From: the human T2T-CHM13v2.0 reference genome, Homo sapiens
Direction: 5' to 3' (one strand)
Assembly (NCBI RefSeq): GCF_009914755.1
Contig: NC_060942.1
DNA: 64,000 nucleotides
Made by a program: the position numbers and the translations under genes. The notes beneath the pieces were generated by a model, which was given only the letters and a program-made list of their open reading frames with translations, was not told the origin of the DNA and did not search any database. Positions 27,611 to 41,400 of this stretch are shown piece by piece (position 1 is the stretch's first letter; the number at the start of each line of letters is the position of its first letter).

Positions 27611-28699
27611 CAATTCTTCTTGGTGTTAGTTACAAAGTTGCATAGATTTTGAGTAGTGAGCCCCAAACTCTCCTTTACCCATTAGCCCGATTTTACCTTG
27701 GGACTGTGAAGCTTATGAGGAACGCATATTTTGTGTTAAAGTAGAAGATAACAATAACTAAAGCTGTCAATTCTCCCTAAACCAATTTCTACATTTAATG
27801 CCATTCCAATAATGATAGCTACAAGGTGTTGATTCAAGTAGAAAACTGGTTCTTAGGTTGGCATGGTGGTGCCAACAGGACAGCCAGGATGTGCTGCAGA
27901 GGGAGAGTGATGGCATCTGGTTCTCCCGGGCCCACCACACAGGATGTCACTGTCAGCCTCCTGGTGCTGACATCAAGGTGAGGAAATGTGTGCTCCCTCG
28001 AAGAAATGGTGGGAGCCTCCACCTCGTCCTAGGCTTTCTCTCTGGAAGAGACCAGTCCTCAGGATTCACATGTGTCATCTTCTGCTGGTGGTCCATTTCT
28101 GCCACGTTTTGTGGTTGGGTTTAATTCAGGAGGGAAGCTATTACGAAGAAACATGGCAACAACTAAGCTTGTATGTCAGCCTCTGCCTGCTGGAATCCCA
28201 GGTCTTCTCTCAGTGGAAACTCGTGGAGCCACATGCAGTCCTAACAGTAATTAAAGCAGCCTGGGTGAGACTGGCTTATGAAAAGATCAGTGAAACAGAA
28301 TGGAATCCAGAAAGACCCAAATACACACAGAAATTTAGATGGTAAGTGGCAACACTTCAGTGAGAAAGAGATGGGTTAGCCCAAAATATCTTCCAGGTGA
28401 ATCACATGTAGAAATAAAACAGAGTCCCAGAAAAAAATATGGGAGAACAATTTCAGTTACTCATTTCCAATTAGAAACAAAACTGAAATTTTCTCTCACC
28501 AGCACAGCATATGAGTTGTCAGAATAGCCAGGTAGCTTCACACAGGAATGTCAGCTTTGCACACGAAGTGTGTTCTAATTTGGTGTACACCGTGAGAAAA
28601 CGGAAGCTGAGCAAGCAAAACAATGTAGTTATCTTCTGGGCTGGTCACCTTGGAGGTCCTCTGTGAGAAAAAGACCTGGACAGATTTCTGTGGTCGTTT

Positions 28700-29959
28700 T
28701 GTGTCCGGAATTGGTGGGCTCTTGGTCTCACTGACTTCAAGAATGAAGCCGTGGACTCCCGTGGTGAGTGTTACAGTTCTTAAAGGCAGTGTGTCCGGGG
28801 TTTGTTCGGATGTGTTCGGAGTTTTTTTCTTCTGGTGGGTTTGTGGTCTCGCTGGCTCAGGAGTGAAGCTGCAGACCTTCACGGTGAGTGTTACAGCTCA
28901 TAAAAGCAGTGCAGACCCAAACAGTGAGCAGCAGCCAAGATTTATTACAAACAGCAAAAGAACAAAGCTTCCACACCCTGGAAGGGGACCTCAGTGGGCT
29001 GCCACTACTGACTCGGGCAGCCTGCTTTTATTCCCTTATCTGGCCCCACCCACATCCTGCTGATTGGTCCATTTTACAGAGAGCTGATTGGTCTGTTTTA
29101 CAGAAAGCTGATTGGTCCGTTTTGACAGGGTGCTGATTGGTGTGTTTACAATCCCTGAGCTAGACACAAAAGTTCTCCAAGTCCCCACAGAGCACTGATT
29201 GGTGCATTTACAAACCTTGAGCTAGACACAGGGTGCTGATTGGTGTGTTTACAAACTTTAAGCTAGACACAGAGTGCTGACTGGTGTATTTACAATCCCT
29301 TAGCTAGACATAAAGGTTCTCCAAGTCCCCACTAGACTCAGGAGCCCAGCTGGCTTCACCTAGTGGATCCCACAGTGGGGCGCAGGTGGAACTGCCCGCC
29401 AGTCCCGCGCCCTGCGCCCCGCACTCCTCAGCCCTTGGGCGGTTGATGGGATAGGGCGCCACGGAGCAGGGAGCGGCGCTCGTCCGGGAGGCTCGGCTGC
29501 GCAGGAGCCCACGGCAGGGGGGAGGCTCGAGCATGGGGGGCTGCAGGTCCCGAGTCCTGCCCTGCGAGGAGGCAGCTAAGGCCCCGTGAGAATTCGAGTG
29601 CAGCACCGGCGGGCCAGCACTGCTGGGGGACCCGGTGCACCCTCTGCAGCTGCTGGCCTGGGTGCTAAGCCCCTCACTGCCCGAGGCCGGCCGCTCCGAG
29701 TGCAGGGCCGCCAAGCCCACGCCCACCCGGAACGCGTGCTGGCCCACGAGCGCAGCGCACAGCCCCAGTATCGCCCACGCGTCTCCCTCCACACCTCCAC
29801 ACAAGCACAGGGAGCCGGCTCCGGCCTCGGCCAGCCCAGAGAGGGGCTCCAACAGTGCAGCGGCGGGCTGAAGGGCTCCTCAAGCGCAGCCAGAGTGGAC
29901 GCTGAGGCCGAGGAGGCGCCAAGAGTGAGCGAGGGCTGCCAGCACCCTGTCATCTCTCA
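28700..29959 (-). mobile_element. LTR12C-like (ERV9) solo LTR
   Basis: Termini tgtgtccggaattggtggg...catctctca. Tandem (g/a)ctgattggt repeats (CCAAT on the - strand) at ~29060-29245. GC-rich U3 region at 29380-29950. Confidence 0.93.
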
Positions 29960-31339
29960 GGTTTTAGCTCAGGGCTGCTGTCCAGCACCCGCTCTTGCTT
30001 GGATACTTTCGGTGGTGTGGCTGCTGGTTACTGTATTGCACGACAAATGTTTTTCCCTCTTTCTGTTAGTTTAATAGCAATCTTAAGCCACCTAATTGGT
30101 TTTAAATGTTTCCAGTTATTTAGACCATGAAGAAGGCCATTGTTTTCTTGGGTGCTAAGGAGGGTGATGTGCCAGTTCCCTTCCAGAGCCTAAGCCTGAG
30201 GCTACCCCTAAAACTGATTAAAGATCAGTTACTAAAATATGTTAATCATGCAAAGATGACCAAGAGAATAAAATTAAAAAGGTGTAAACAGTATGTATAG
30301 TGTGATCCTTTTCTGTAAGGAAAATTACTCATGTTGGATGCAGGTGCACCAAGAACACTTCAGGGAACATCTGCAGGCAGAGAAAGCAGGGTGCCTTTGG
30401 GAAGGCGGATGGCAGGATGTTTATTGTTCACGTTATGTCTATCACGTTTGATTTTTGAATAATATGTATTATTTCTGTGGTCTGAAAAGAGAAGGTGGAG
30501 GAGAGAACGAAAGTCAGAGAATATAACCAACCCAACACACCAGAAGCTAGTGAAGCCCTGTGAATGGCTGATCCCAGGTAAGTTCCCATGTGCTAAGCTG
30601 GAATCAAAAGTGTGGGGTCTTCATGGGGCCGGGTGCATGCACAATTGAGTGGATCTGCTGCCAGCACGTGTTGTGTTGTGCCTGCACTTGGCGTGGCTGC
30701 ACAGGGCTTGCATTGGTACCGGGCTAGGGCGGTCGTGGGGAGGGCCTGGGGAAGGCTGACTAGGGCCTCCACCGTGGGACCCAAGTCCCCAGACCTGGTT
30801 GCTTTACTGTATAGTCACAAACCAAATGGGGGTGCAGACGTTTTATGTTGGGCAACAATGGGGGAATCAGGTGGGTGTGCCCCGGCATCCTTGCTCCTCA
30901 GTGCGCAGGGCCCTCGAGTTAAAAGCAAGCGTCCCCGCGGGTGGGGATGGTCCCCTGGCGGCTCTCGGCTACACCTTCCTGCCCGGCTTCCCTGCGAGGC
31001 GGGCGGCAGTGGAACTCATTCCACAAAGGCTGCCTCTCACTGTGGCCGCCGTGTCACCAGCCAGAGCTGTCAGGTACGTCAGTCATGCTGCTTTGTGGTC
31101 ATGTCACTGGCATAATCCCAAGATTAGGTGGCCACAAAGAGCCATGAATGAGGTGGTAATTGCGTTCAAGGGAAAAAGAATTTAAGAAAAAAAGACTTTA
31201 CTTTCTCACAAGATTCGTGAAAGAAGTGACAGCTAATATTTTAAAGCTGGAGCAAGATAATTGTGGTGAGAGATCTTTGTGTGTTCTCTGGAAAATGCTG
31301 CATGCGCACAATGAATATTCAAATGCCATTTTGCGCTGT

Positions 31340-32460
31340 GAATACCAGATCGCCGGGCCTGAGGCCGTCTGCATGGGCCGTCGGCGGAGTCGGCCCGGCG
31401 GGCCGCGGGAATGAGCGGGCCACACGGAGGGCCTGGGCGCGCTGCTGGGGACGCCGGCTCCGAGCAAGAGGACAGCCGCCCCTCGGGAGTCGCTGGGAAA
31501 GGAGTCAGCGCCGGGCAAGCAGCCTGCAGCCTGTGCCAGGGAAACCTAGTCAGCCGTGCTCGGCTGGGGGGCTCGCTCCGCACTTTCGGTGCCAGAAAAT
31601 GCCCAGAGGAGCGGGGCGGCCCCAGAGCCTCCTTTCGGGGCGCGAGGCCCGGCGCGTGTGTACGGAGTCCAGTCCCCCCAGGGAGTGGGGTGCCCGCACC
31701 TTCCCCTCCGCGCTCGGAGCCACAGGGGAGGCCCGGGCAGAAGCGAACCGTCGCCACCCTGGCGGGGCCTCGTGACTGCGGGTGCAGAACTGGGGGTCCC
31801 CGCCGGCGCGTGTTTCAGGGGTCCTGAGGCGCGCGTCTGCGGGGTTCCCAGGCAGCACCAAGAGGCGCCGGCCTAGGAGAAATCCGGATCGAGACAACTG
31901 CTGTGGCGGCTGGGCCGAGGCTGCGGTCGCGGTGGGAGGCGGCGCTGCTGGCGAGTCCACGCGGGGCGGACGGAGGCGAAAACAGCCCGCTTTCGCGGCG
32001 CAGGCAAAAGCAGGAATGGCGACCCCTCTGCGGGGGGACCTCAGGAGGAAACGTCTGGCTTGGGGAGTCCGCGCTCGGCGCGAGCTGTGGGGGCGGCCGG
32101 GCGCTCTGGGGGCAGTTCGGTGCTCCGAGCTCAGCCTCGTCTTGCTTTTCAGGGGTTGGAGGCGGAAGGGGGCAACGGAGCGAGCCCACTTCCGATGCAC
32201 AGAAGCGCAGGTGGGGAGGAGGCCCGGCTGGGGAGGCTGGTCCCCGCCGCAGCCCCGCTGCCCCTATACCTTGGCTCCAGCGCCAGAGCTCCGCCGCTGC
32301 GCCCCTGGCTTTTTGCCTCTACCCCCTACCCTCTGCCGTCCCTCTCCTCCTAAAGCCAGTCCTTCCTGTTTCTCCTGGGGGCTTCCCCAGGGTGCTCATA
32401 TATGTCCCGGCACCCCCGCTCTGGCGTAAAGAAAGGGCACCGCCGCAGGGCGGCCTGAGT
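31340..32460. promoter_or_regulatory. CpG island not attached to a visible coding exon
   Basis: About 1.1 kb of very GC-rich, CpG-dense, non-repeat sequence. YY1-like gccattttg (~31325) and NRF1-like tgcatgcgca (~31298) at its left edge. Confidence 0.85.
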
Positions 32461-32598
32461 TTAAGGGTCTGTCCACCAGACTCATGGTACTTTACCGCTC
32501 TGTGCCTCAGTTTCCTCATCTGAAAAGTAGAGCTCATATTAGCCCTGGGGCCTTGTAGGTGGTGAACATCAAATGAACTCATACAAGGGAAGGGGTCG

Positions 32599-33219
32599 TG
32601 TTACCGGTAGAGGGTCCTAACTGCAAGTTGTCCAGGTTGGCGTTTTGAACAAAGAATTGGACAAAACGTGCTGCAAAGCAAGGAAAAAAGGAAGCAACTA
32701 AAGCAGGGATTTATTGAAAACGAAAGTAGTCTCCACAGTGTGGGAGCGGCCTGAGCAGGCTCAAGGGCTGCGTTATACAATCTTCTCGGTCCAAATACCC
32801 GCTAGAGGTTTCCCATTGGCCACTCATGTGCTCCCTTCATGTAAATAAAGTGGTGGCCCATAATCGGTCTGATTGGTTGCGGAAAGCAGCCAACCAGAGG
32901 CTGAAGTGAAGTTACAAAGGTCACACTCCTGCGCAAACATCTGATTGGTTGCAAAAAGCTAACGTTAAGAGGCTAAAGTGAAAGTTACAAAGTTGGACTT
33001 CTATGCAAAGGAAGACTGGTGGCAATCAGTCTGATTGGTTGTGGACAGCCAGTTTCCCTTCGGCCCCACAGAAAAGGTGGGGGGTTTGCAAAGAGTAACC
33101 TCTGGTCCTTTTGTTACTTAGGCGTGGAAAGTTAAGAGTTTTCCTTTCAATATAGTTCTAGGAAGTCCGCGTGAAACGGCCTTAGGTGATCTGCCTCCAT
33201 ACCCTATTCTCCTGCCTCA
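32599..33219 (-). mobile_element. MER51-like (ERV1) solo LTR
   Basis: tgttaccgg...ccctattctcctgcctca termini (reverse complement TGAGGCAGGAGAATAGGG). Repeated ctgattggtt. Confidence 0.85.
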
Positions 33220-33908
33220 GACCCGTGAGTCCTAGAAAGGATGGCCATCGCTGGCCGCCACATCATCGGGGTCTCATGAATCCCTGCTCTTGTACCTCGG
33301 GAGGCAAGGCTAGGCTGCCCTGGATTAGGATCTGCTGTTTGGAAGTGCCGTGTTCTGTTTTGGTTGTGCTCCTTTGGTTGTTTGGTGGGAGTTGGCGGGG
33401 CAGGGGCAGAAAGTGGCGCCCCTGGAGAGCCGCGGGCCCAAGCACTGGGGTGCAGCCCGGCTGTGAATCCATGCATTGAGCCGCCGTCACCTGCCCTGGT
33501 GTGGGTGCCTGTGTGTCTTGCTTTGTGGTCATCCTGGTTGCTCCAGCACACAGGTGTCTAATCTTCAAGGCAGAAAGAAGACGTGGTCACCCCCCAACCC
33601 CTAGACTCTGTATGTGTATGCAGTTTTCAGAGTGTTGTCTCAGGCGCTGATTGAGTGGGCAAGGAGAGGTGCTCAGCACGCAGGAACTGCAGCACCAGAC
33701 AGGAAGTCACCAAAGAGGGAGTCCAGGTCAAAAGGGACTTGGAGACACAGCAGAAGCAACCGCAAAGTCTGAATCCTGACTCGAACAAGCCACCTGGCAA
33801 AAGACATTTTGAGACAAGAGAAATTGAAAAACTGACAAGGGGTTAGTTATTAAGGGAGTACTGTTAATTTTGTTGGGCGTGATAATGATAATTTTTTAAA
33901 AATTTATT

Positions 33909-34184
33909 GGCTGAGTGTGGTGGCTCATGCCTGTAATCCCAGCACTTTGGGAGGCTGAGGCGGGAGAATCATGTGAGCCCGGGCGTTTGAGACCAGCCTG
34001 GGCAACATAGCATGACCTCAGCTCTACAGAAAATTTTAAAACCTAGCCAGGCATGGTGGTGCTGCCCGTAGTCCCAGCTACTCAGGAGGCTGCAGTGAGC
34101 CATGATGGCCATTGCACTCCAGCCTGGGTCACAGTGAGACCCCGTCTCAACAAAATAAATAAATAAATGAATGAATAAATAAAA
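33909..34184 (+). mobile_element. AluJ (internally deleted)
   Basis: Diverged dimer with (AAAT)n tail. Confidence 0.85.
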
Positions 34185-34333
34185 TGTCCTTATGTTGGTG
34201 GAATACAAAGAATCAAATACGGATAAAATGATGTGTTGTCTTCTGGGATTTCCTTTAAATACTCTAGCAAAGCAATAGACAAAAGCTGGGAGGGGAACAA
34301 TACATGAAGCAAAACTGAACAACGCTGGTAATT

Positions 34334-35264
34334 TTTTAAAAAAATTTTATTTGACATCCTGCAAAGCTTTATTCTTTACAGGAACAGTCAGTGCCCATCA
34401 CTCCCTGTCAAAAGCCAAATAAGCTGCTCTCTCTAGAGGAGTGGCAGTAGTCCTGTGTGGTCCAGTGAGATCCAGAAGGTTCCAGGAGACCTTCAGTCCT
34501 GAGTCCCTTTCAGTCATCATCGTCTGAGTCTTGATTCTTCTGCTGAGTTGGATGAGCTCTCTGGCAGGTCGTCTCCCATCTGCTGGACCCTTCCTGACTG
34601 TACATCCCACATGTATTTGATGGTCACCTTAAATTCAGCCATCTCATACCCAGAAAGCATCAGAACACCAGCCTGCTCCGGGGCCAGCAGGTGGCCCTCC
34701 TTGCACACCTCATTGTCGGACAGCAGGGTCACCACACCTCTCTCAAAGGTGGTGGGCAGGCCCGGCTGCCTCAGCTGTGGCTTCATGGGGTGGGGAACTG
34801 CTCCAGGGGCCCTGGGTCCAGGCTCACGGTGAAAGCTGCTTTGTTACAGCTCAGCTGAAGTCCATTTCCGTGTATTCTGTGAACCACTCATTCACCTCCT
34901 CCTTCCAGTGGTTGGTGAACAGGAGATCCGCTTCACCCCTCAACCTTTTGCTGACCTGGTGCAGGTTGTCTTTGCACTCACCCAATGGGCTCCGACCCAA
35001 GGCCACCATCATCACCTTGTTTTTGCCAAAGAACATCCGGCTGTGCTTCCAGGCATTCCGGATGTCCTTCAGCTTGCTGTTCCACGTGTTGGCCACAGAG
35101 AGATGGAAAGGTACTTATCAGTGTCCACACGTTTCCGAAGCTCTTCTATCAGGTGTTGTTTCAATTCCAGGCCTTTCTTGGCAGTTTTGGTTAGGGACTT
35201 CCTTGTCATGCTTGGATTTGGGCATTGTTCTGAAGCCACGTGTGGTGGAAGATGGTGCAGCCCC
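34334..35264 (-). pseudogene. MRTO4: Processed pseudogene of MRTO4 (ribosome maturation factor); decayed CDS 35225-34510
   Basis: ATG CCC AAA TCC AAG at 35225. Fragments [45 protein letters not shown] and [16 protein letters not shown] lie in separate ORF fragments (frameshifts plus a stop after EMDFS). Intronless. AATAAA on - at 34368-34373 with a decayed A tail. TSD aa(c/t)gctggtaatt (34321-34333 / 35265-35277). Confidence 0.95.
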
Positions 35265-35349
35265 AATGCTGGTAATTACTGATGGCAGGGGGTGGATGTG
35301 TAGGGCTTTATATTATCTCTCCTCTACTTTTGTGTATGTTTACTTTACT

Positions 35350-36017
<668 letters not shown>

Positions 36018-36443
36018 TCAAAGAGTAAGATCACAAAAATAATACTCAGATATAACAAGTTTTTCTTCTGTGACTCATGTGAAGGACTCCAGAGGCCAGG
36101 ATGGTGGTGAGAGCCACTTCCTCCATGTGGCATGTGGGTTGCCCAGTGCTCCAGGCCTGCCCCGCCTCGGGGCCTGGCACCTGCTGCTCCCTTGGCCTGG
36201 AATGTTCTCACCCAAGACCCCTGCATCTGACTCTCACCTCCTTCCTTGTGTGTTCCTCGCGTGGCTTTTTCGTGAGGTCTTCCTTAACTTCTCTGAATAA
36301 AACTCCCACTTCTCATCCTCCCAATCCCTCTCCCCTCTAGTTTGACACCAAAGTACCTTTCACCCACTGAGGTCCTGTGTGTCACAGAATGAAACTGTAG
36401 GGGCAGGGTTTTGTCCTGCTCACCAACGGATATCCTTGGACAT

Positions 36444-36490
36444 TATGTATGTATGTATGTATGTATGTATGTATGTATGTATGTATGTAT
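36444..36490. repeat. (TATG)11 microsatellite
   Basis: Read directly. Confidence 0.97.
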
Positions 36491-36521
36491 TTCTGTTTGT
36501 TTTTCTTTTTTTTCCTGCTAA

Positions 36522-36870
<349 letters not shown>

Positions 36871-37922
36871 AACCTAGCACAGTGTTTAACGGTGGGAGGT
36901 CCCTGGTGAGTCTCTGCCAGGTCTCGGGTTCCAGGCTTCTGTCAGATGCACCGGCCGCCTAGGTTCCCAGGGCCTTCTATTCTTACAGCAGGTGGCCGCC
37001 ATGCTTCTGACATTTCCCTGACACACAGGCTGCCTCCAGGGCCATCGCCAAGGACGGTGCAGATTTGCAGGCCTGCGTAAACCCAGCGGACTCCCTAGAG
37101 GTTTGGGAAGGAGAGGTCACCATTGTTGGCTCTACTGTGACTGTCCTGACTTGGCCCTCACTGGGTATTAATGCTTCAATTTCACAATGCACTTGGGCAG
37201 ATGCCCCCTGGTCCTAAGAGAGGCCCCGCTCATCCTAGGCATACTTAATTGGTATTAGAGACGTCCATCTTTTCTGGATGGAGGAAATTGAAGCCTTGAG
37301 CCCATGTAATGTTCTCAGTGGAGCAGTTCAACACCAAGACATGCTAGAAACATTGTAGAGGCCTTTACCAACTTAGTCACCCTGCTCAGGGAAAGGGGCT
37401 GAGGCTGTCTCTACAGCAGCCACCTCCCTCTGGAAGGAGGAAGGACCCAAGACCCACACCCGCTGTCTACCCAACCAGCCCTAACTCTTCTTGTTGGCTC
37501 AAGAGTCCCCTTTCTTCTTCACTGAGCCACAAGACACAGAGCAGTGAGTAGCATCAGAGCAGCCTGTAAGAACCTGGATGCCAGGAACGGAGTGGAACCT
37601 GGAAGTTCAGCTTCCAACAGACAAACACAGTCAGAGCTCCCTTTTTAGAGTCCCTCCTGTGTAAACACACAGGGCATACAGGCATGACTTCCAGGAGCTT
37701 CACTGCAGCATGGCATGCACAGATAACACAACAGAAGTGACCTCAGTGCTGCTTTTGGAGGACAGATGACACGCATCTTGGTTCATGCAACTCAACACCG
37801 CACACATGTAAAATAGAATGAGTAGCTTTGTGTTGTGATATAAAAATGTAAGCTATATTATTGAGTGAAAAGCCAAATTGCCCACCAGTATGCAAAGCAG
37901 ATTTACTCTTATTAGAAATGGA

Positions 37923-38221
37923 GGCTGAGCATGGTGGCTCACGCCTGTAATCCTAGCACATCAGGAGGCCAAGGCGGGTGGATTGCTTGAGGCCAGGAGT
38001 TTGAGATCAACCTGGGCAACACGGCAAAACTCCATCTCTACAAAAAATACAAAAATTAGCCTGGCCCAGTGGTGCATGCCTGTAGTCCCAGCTACTTGGG
38101 AGGCTGGGATAGGAGTATCAATTGAATACAGGATGTGGAGGCTGCAATGAACCAGGATCACACCACTGAACTCCATCCAGTCTGGGTGACAGCAAGATCC
38201 TGCCAAAAAAAAAAAAAAAAA
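37923..38221 (+). mobile_element. AluJ
   Basis: Diverged dimer with A tail. Confidence 0.9.
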
Positions 38222-38282
38222 TCTAGCAGAGGACAGAGGAGTGTATACAGATAAACAAATGCATATTGTGTTTGCATCCCCT

Positions 38283-39470
38283 ATATTAGTTTTCTATTGT
38301 TGCATAACAAATGATTACCCAAACACCAGGGGTTTGGTCTAGGTCCTGCTGCTCACAGCACAGAAAGCCAGTCATCAAGACAACCAGTATTGGCAGGGAA
38401 GAAAGCTTTAATCGGGTGCTGCAGCTGAAGAGATGGGAATTCAGTCTCAAGTCCGTCTCTCTGACTATCTAAAATTGGGAGTTTATATAGAAGGGAAGAA
38501 ATGTAACTACATGCAGGAAAACAGTAATTAGGGAAGAATGAGGAAGAGGAGTTGGTCAACAGGCAGCAGGTGGTGCTCAGGCAATCATGAGGGTTGAGGG
38601 CCTGGCCACTCATCCTCCAGAGGCTGTGAGCTTGTAAGTTTCAGCTCCTTGATACTACCTGGGAGTCCTGATGGTCGGTTTCCTGAGAAAGGAACTCAGA
38701 TAAGACAAATGTAACTTTCTCAAGTTTTAAGACTGAGAGGGTCAATTTCTATGTTTATTCAAAAGAAATGATAAACATCAGTTTTATGGGACAATTGGTC
38801 AGGTTTCAAAACTACCACAAACTCAGTGGCTGAAAATAATGCCTGCCTTTTTCTCACAGTTCTGTAGGTCAGAAGCCAGCACTGCCTGGCGGATTCTCTG
38901 CTCATGGTCTCAGGAGGCTGAAATCGAGGTGTCAGTCAGCTACATTCTCATCTGCAGCTTGGAATCCTCTTCCAAACTCATTCAGTATTTGGCAGCATTC
39001 AATTTCTTCTTGGCCATCAGCCAGGAGTCCCTGTCTCCTCCTAGAGGTTTCCCAGCTTCTTCAGCAGATCACAACATAGATGCGTCCTTTCCTGGTTGGT
39101 ATCTGTGGGGGATTGGTCCTGGGTTCCTGGGACCTGTGCAGATAGCAAAATCAGCAGGTTCTCCTGACCTGCAGTCGGCCCTGCAGAACCCGTGGGTAGG
39201 AAGAGGCAGCATCCACTCTCCAGATCTGCGGGTTCTGCATTCCACAAATACTGTATTTTTGGTAAGTAGTTGGTTTAATCCATGCATGTGGAACCGTGGA
39301 TATGAAGAGCTGACTGGGCTTGCTTTCTTCCAGACCAGCAGAGTGCATCAAACTCCAGGCTTCAAAGGGCTCATCTGAATAGGTCAGACCCACCCTTGAT
39401 GATCCCTCTTTTGCTATAAAATGTGACATGATCAAAGGAGTGACATCTGATTCTACTTACAGGTCCATCC
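38283..39470 (-). mobile_element. MLT1-family LTR, interrupted by an ERV1 LTR and a MER8-like DNA transposon (~39090-39315)
   Basis: tattagttttctattgttgcataacaaa resumes as ...ctaccacaaactcagtggctgaaaataa after the nested LTR. Confidence 0.65.
38312..38808 (-). mobile_element. MER4-group ERV1 solo LTR (LOR1-like)
   Basis: TG...CA termini. Motif aaacaccaggggtttggtctaggtcctgctgct. Inserted into the MLT1 LTR. Confidence 0.7.
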
Positions 39471-39472
39471 TC

Positions 39473-41400
39473 AAAATCTCAAAGGACCCCAAATAGCCAA
39501 AGCAATCTTGTAGGGAAAAAAAAAACTGGAGGCCTTACACATTCTGATTTCAAAACATATTGCAAAGCTATAGTGATCAAAACAGTATGATACTGGCATA
39601 AAGACAGAATAGAGTCCAGAAATAAACCCTCACATATATTGTCAAATAATCTTTGACAAGGCTACACAGTGAGGAAAGATAATCTCCTCAACAAATGTTG
39701 TTGGGGAAACAGGATATCCACATGCAAAAGAATGAATTTGGGCTCTTACCTTATACCATATACAAAAGTTACCTCAAAATGGACAAAATCCTAAATGTAA
39801 GATCCCAAACTGTAAAACCCTGAAAGGAAAGGGGAAAAAGCTTTATGGCATTGGAATTGGCGTTGATTTCTTGACTGTCACACCAAAACAGAAAATAGAC
39901 AAATGGGACTATGTCAAACTTAAAAACTTCTGTGTGACAAAGGAAACAGTCAACATGGTGAAAAGGCAACCCACAGAATGAAAGAACACATTTGCCAGTC
40001 ATTTATCTGATAACACGTTAATATCCAGAATTTATAAAGAACTCCTACAACTCAACAACAACAAAAAAACAAACATGCTGATTAAAAACTAGATAAAAGA
40101 CTTTAATAGACATTTCTCCAAATAAGATACACAAATTGCCCACAAACGTATGAAAAGATGTGCAACATCATCATTAATCACCAGGGAAATGCAAATCAAA
40201 ACCACAGTGGGATATCATCTCATGCCCATTAGGATGATCACTATACAAAATAAAAATAAAAAAAAAAACTAAAAAAAAAAAAAGTTTTGCTGAGGATATG
40301 GAGAAATTGGAAACCTGCATTGCTGCTGGGAATAAAAATGGTGAATGTTTTAGTCCATTTTTTGTGGCTATGAAGGAATACCTGAGGTTGAGGTTGGGTA
40401 ATTTATAAAGAGAAAAGGTTTATTCGATTCACAATTCTGGATGGCTGGAAAGTGCAAAGCTGGGCATCTGCATCTGGTGAGGGCCTCAGGCTGCATCTAC
40501 TCATAGCAGAAGGTGAAGAGCAGTCAGCATGTGCAGAGATCACATGGTGAGAGAGGAAGCAAGAGGGCAAGGGGGGCGTGGTGCAGGTTCTAGTTAACAA
40601 CTAGCTCCCACAGGAACTAACAGAGCAAGAACTCATTATCGCAAAAATGACACCAAGCCATTCATGAAGGATCTGCCCCCATCACCCAAACACTTTTCAC
40701 TAGGACCCACCTCTCAACACTGCCACATTGAGGGTTAAATTTCAACATGATATTTGATAGGAACAAACAAACTATATCCAAACCATAGCAGTGCAGCTGC
40801 TATGGCAAACAGTATGGAGATTCCTCAAACAATTAAAAATGGAATTAACATACAATCCTGCAATCTTAATTCTGGGTATATATCCAAAAGAACGGAACAC
40901 AGACCTTGAAGAGCTAACTGCACACTCACATTCATAGCGGCACTGTTCACAAAAGTCAAGAGGTAGAAGCCGCCTAAATGTCCACCAATGGATGGTTGGA
41001 TGGATGGATAAACAAAACGTGGTGCATAGGTACAACAGAATATTATTCCACCTTCAAAAAGAGGAAAATCCGGTCATGGACGAACCTTGAGGACAGTTCA
41101 CTAAGTGAAATAAGCTAGTCACAAAAAGAAAAATGCTACAGGATTCCTTTTATATGAGGTATTGAAAGTAGTCAAACTTTTAAAAACAAAGTAAAGTAAT
41201 GGTTGCCAGGGTCTGGGAAAAGGGAGAAAGGAGAGTTTTTCTTCAGTGGGTCTAGAGTTTTAGTTTTACCAGATGAAAATTTCTAAAACTCTGATGCACA
41301 CAAGGTACTTACAGTGAGCACTACTGAACTGTGTGCCTAGAAATGGTTAAGACGGTAAAATTTATATGTTTTTGTCCACAATTTTTAAAAAAGAAGTTTT
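39473..41400 (+). mobile_element. L1MA/MB-like ORF2 3' part and 3' UTR
   Basis: Continuous L1 3' sequence, interrupted by the MST LTR. Confidence 0.8.
40346..40790 (-). mobile_element. MST-family (MaLR) solo LTR
   Basis: tgttttagtcc...aaaccatagca termini with 5-bp TSD gtg(a/c)a (40341-40345 / 40791-40795). Confidence 0.85.

Noticed and set aside
29304-30074. ORFs up to 182 aa
   Set aside because: They lie within the GC-rich U3 of the LTR12-like element.
31198-32582. Overlapping 100-216 aa ORFs on both strands
   Set aside because: Expected from stop-codon scarcity in a CpG island. Arg/Pro/Gly/Ala-rich with no recognisable domain.
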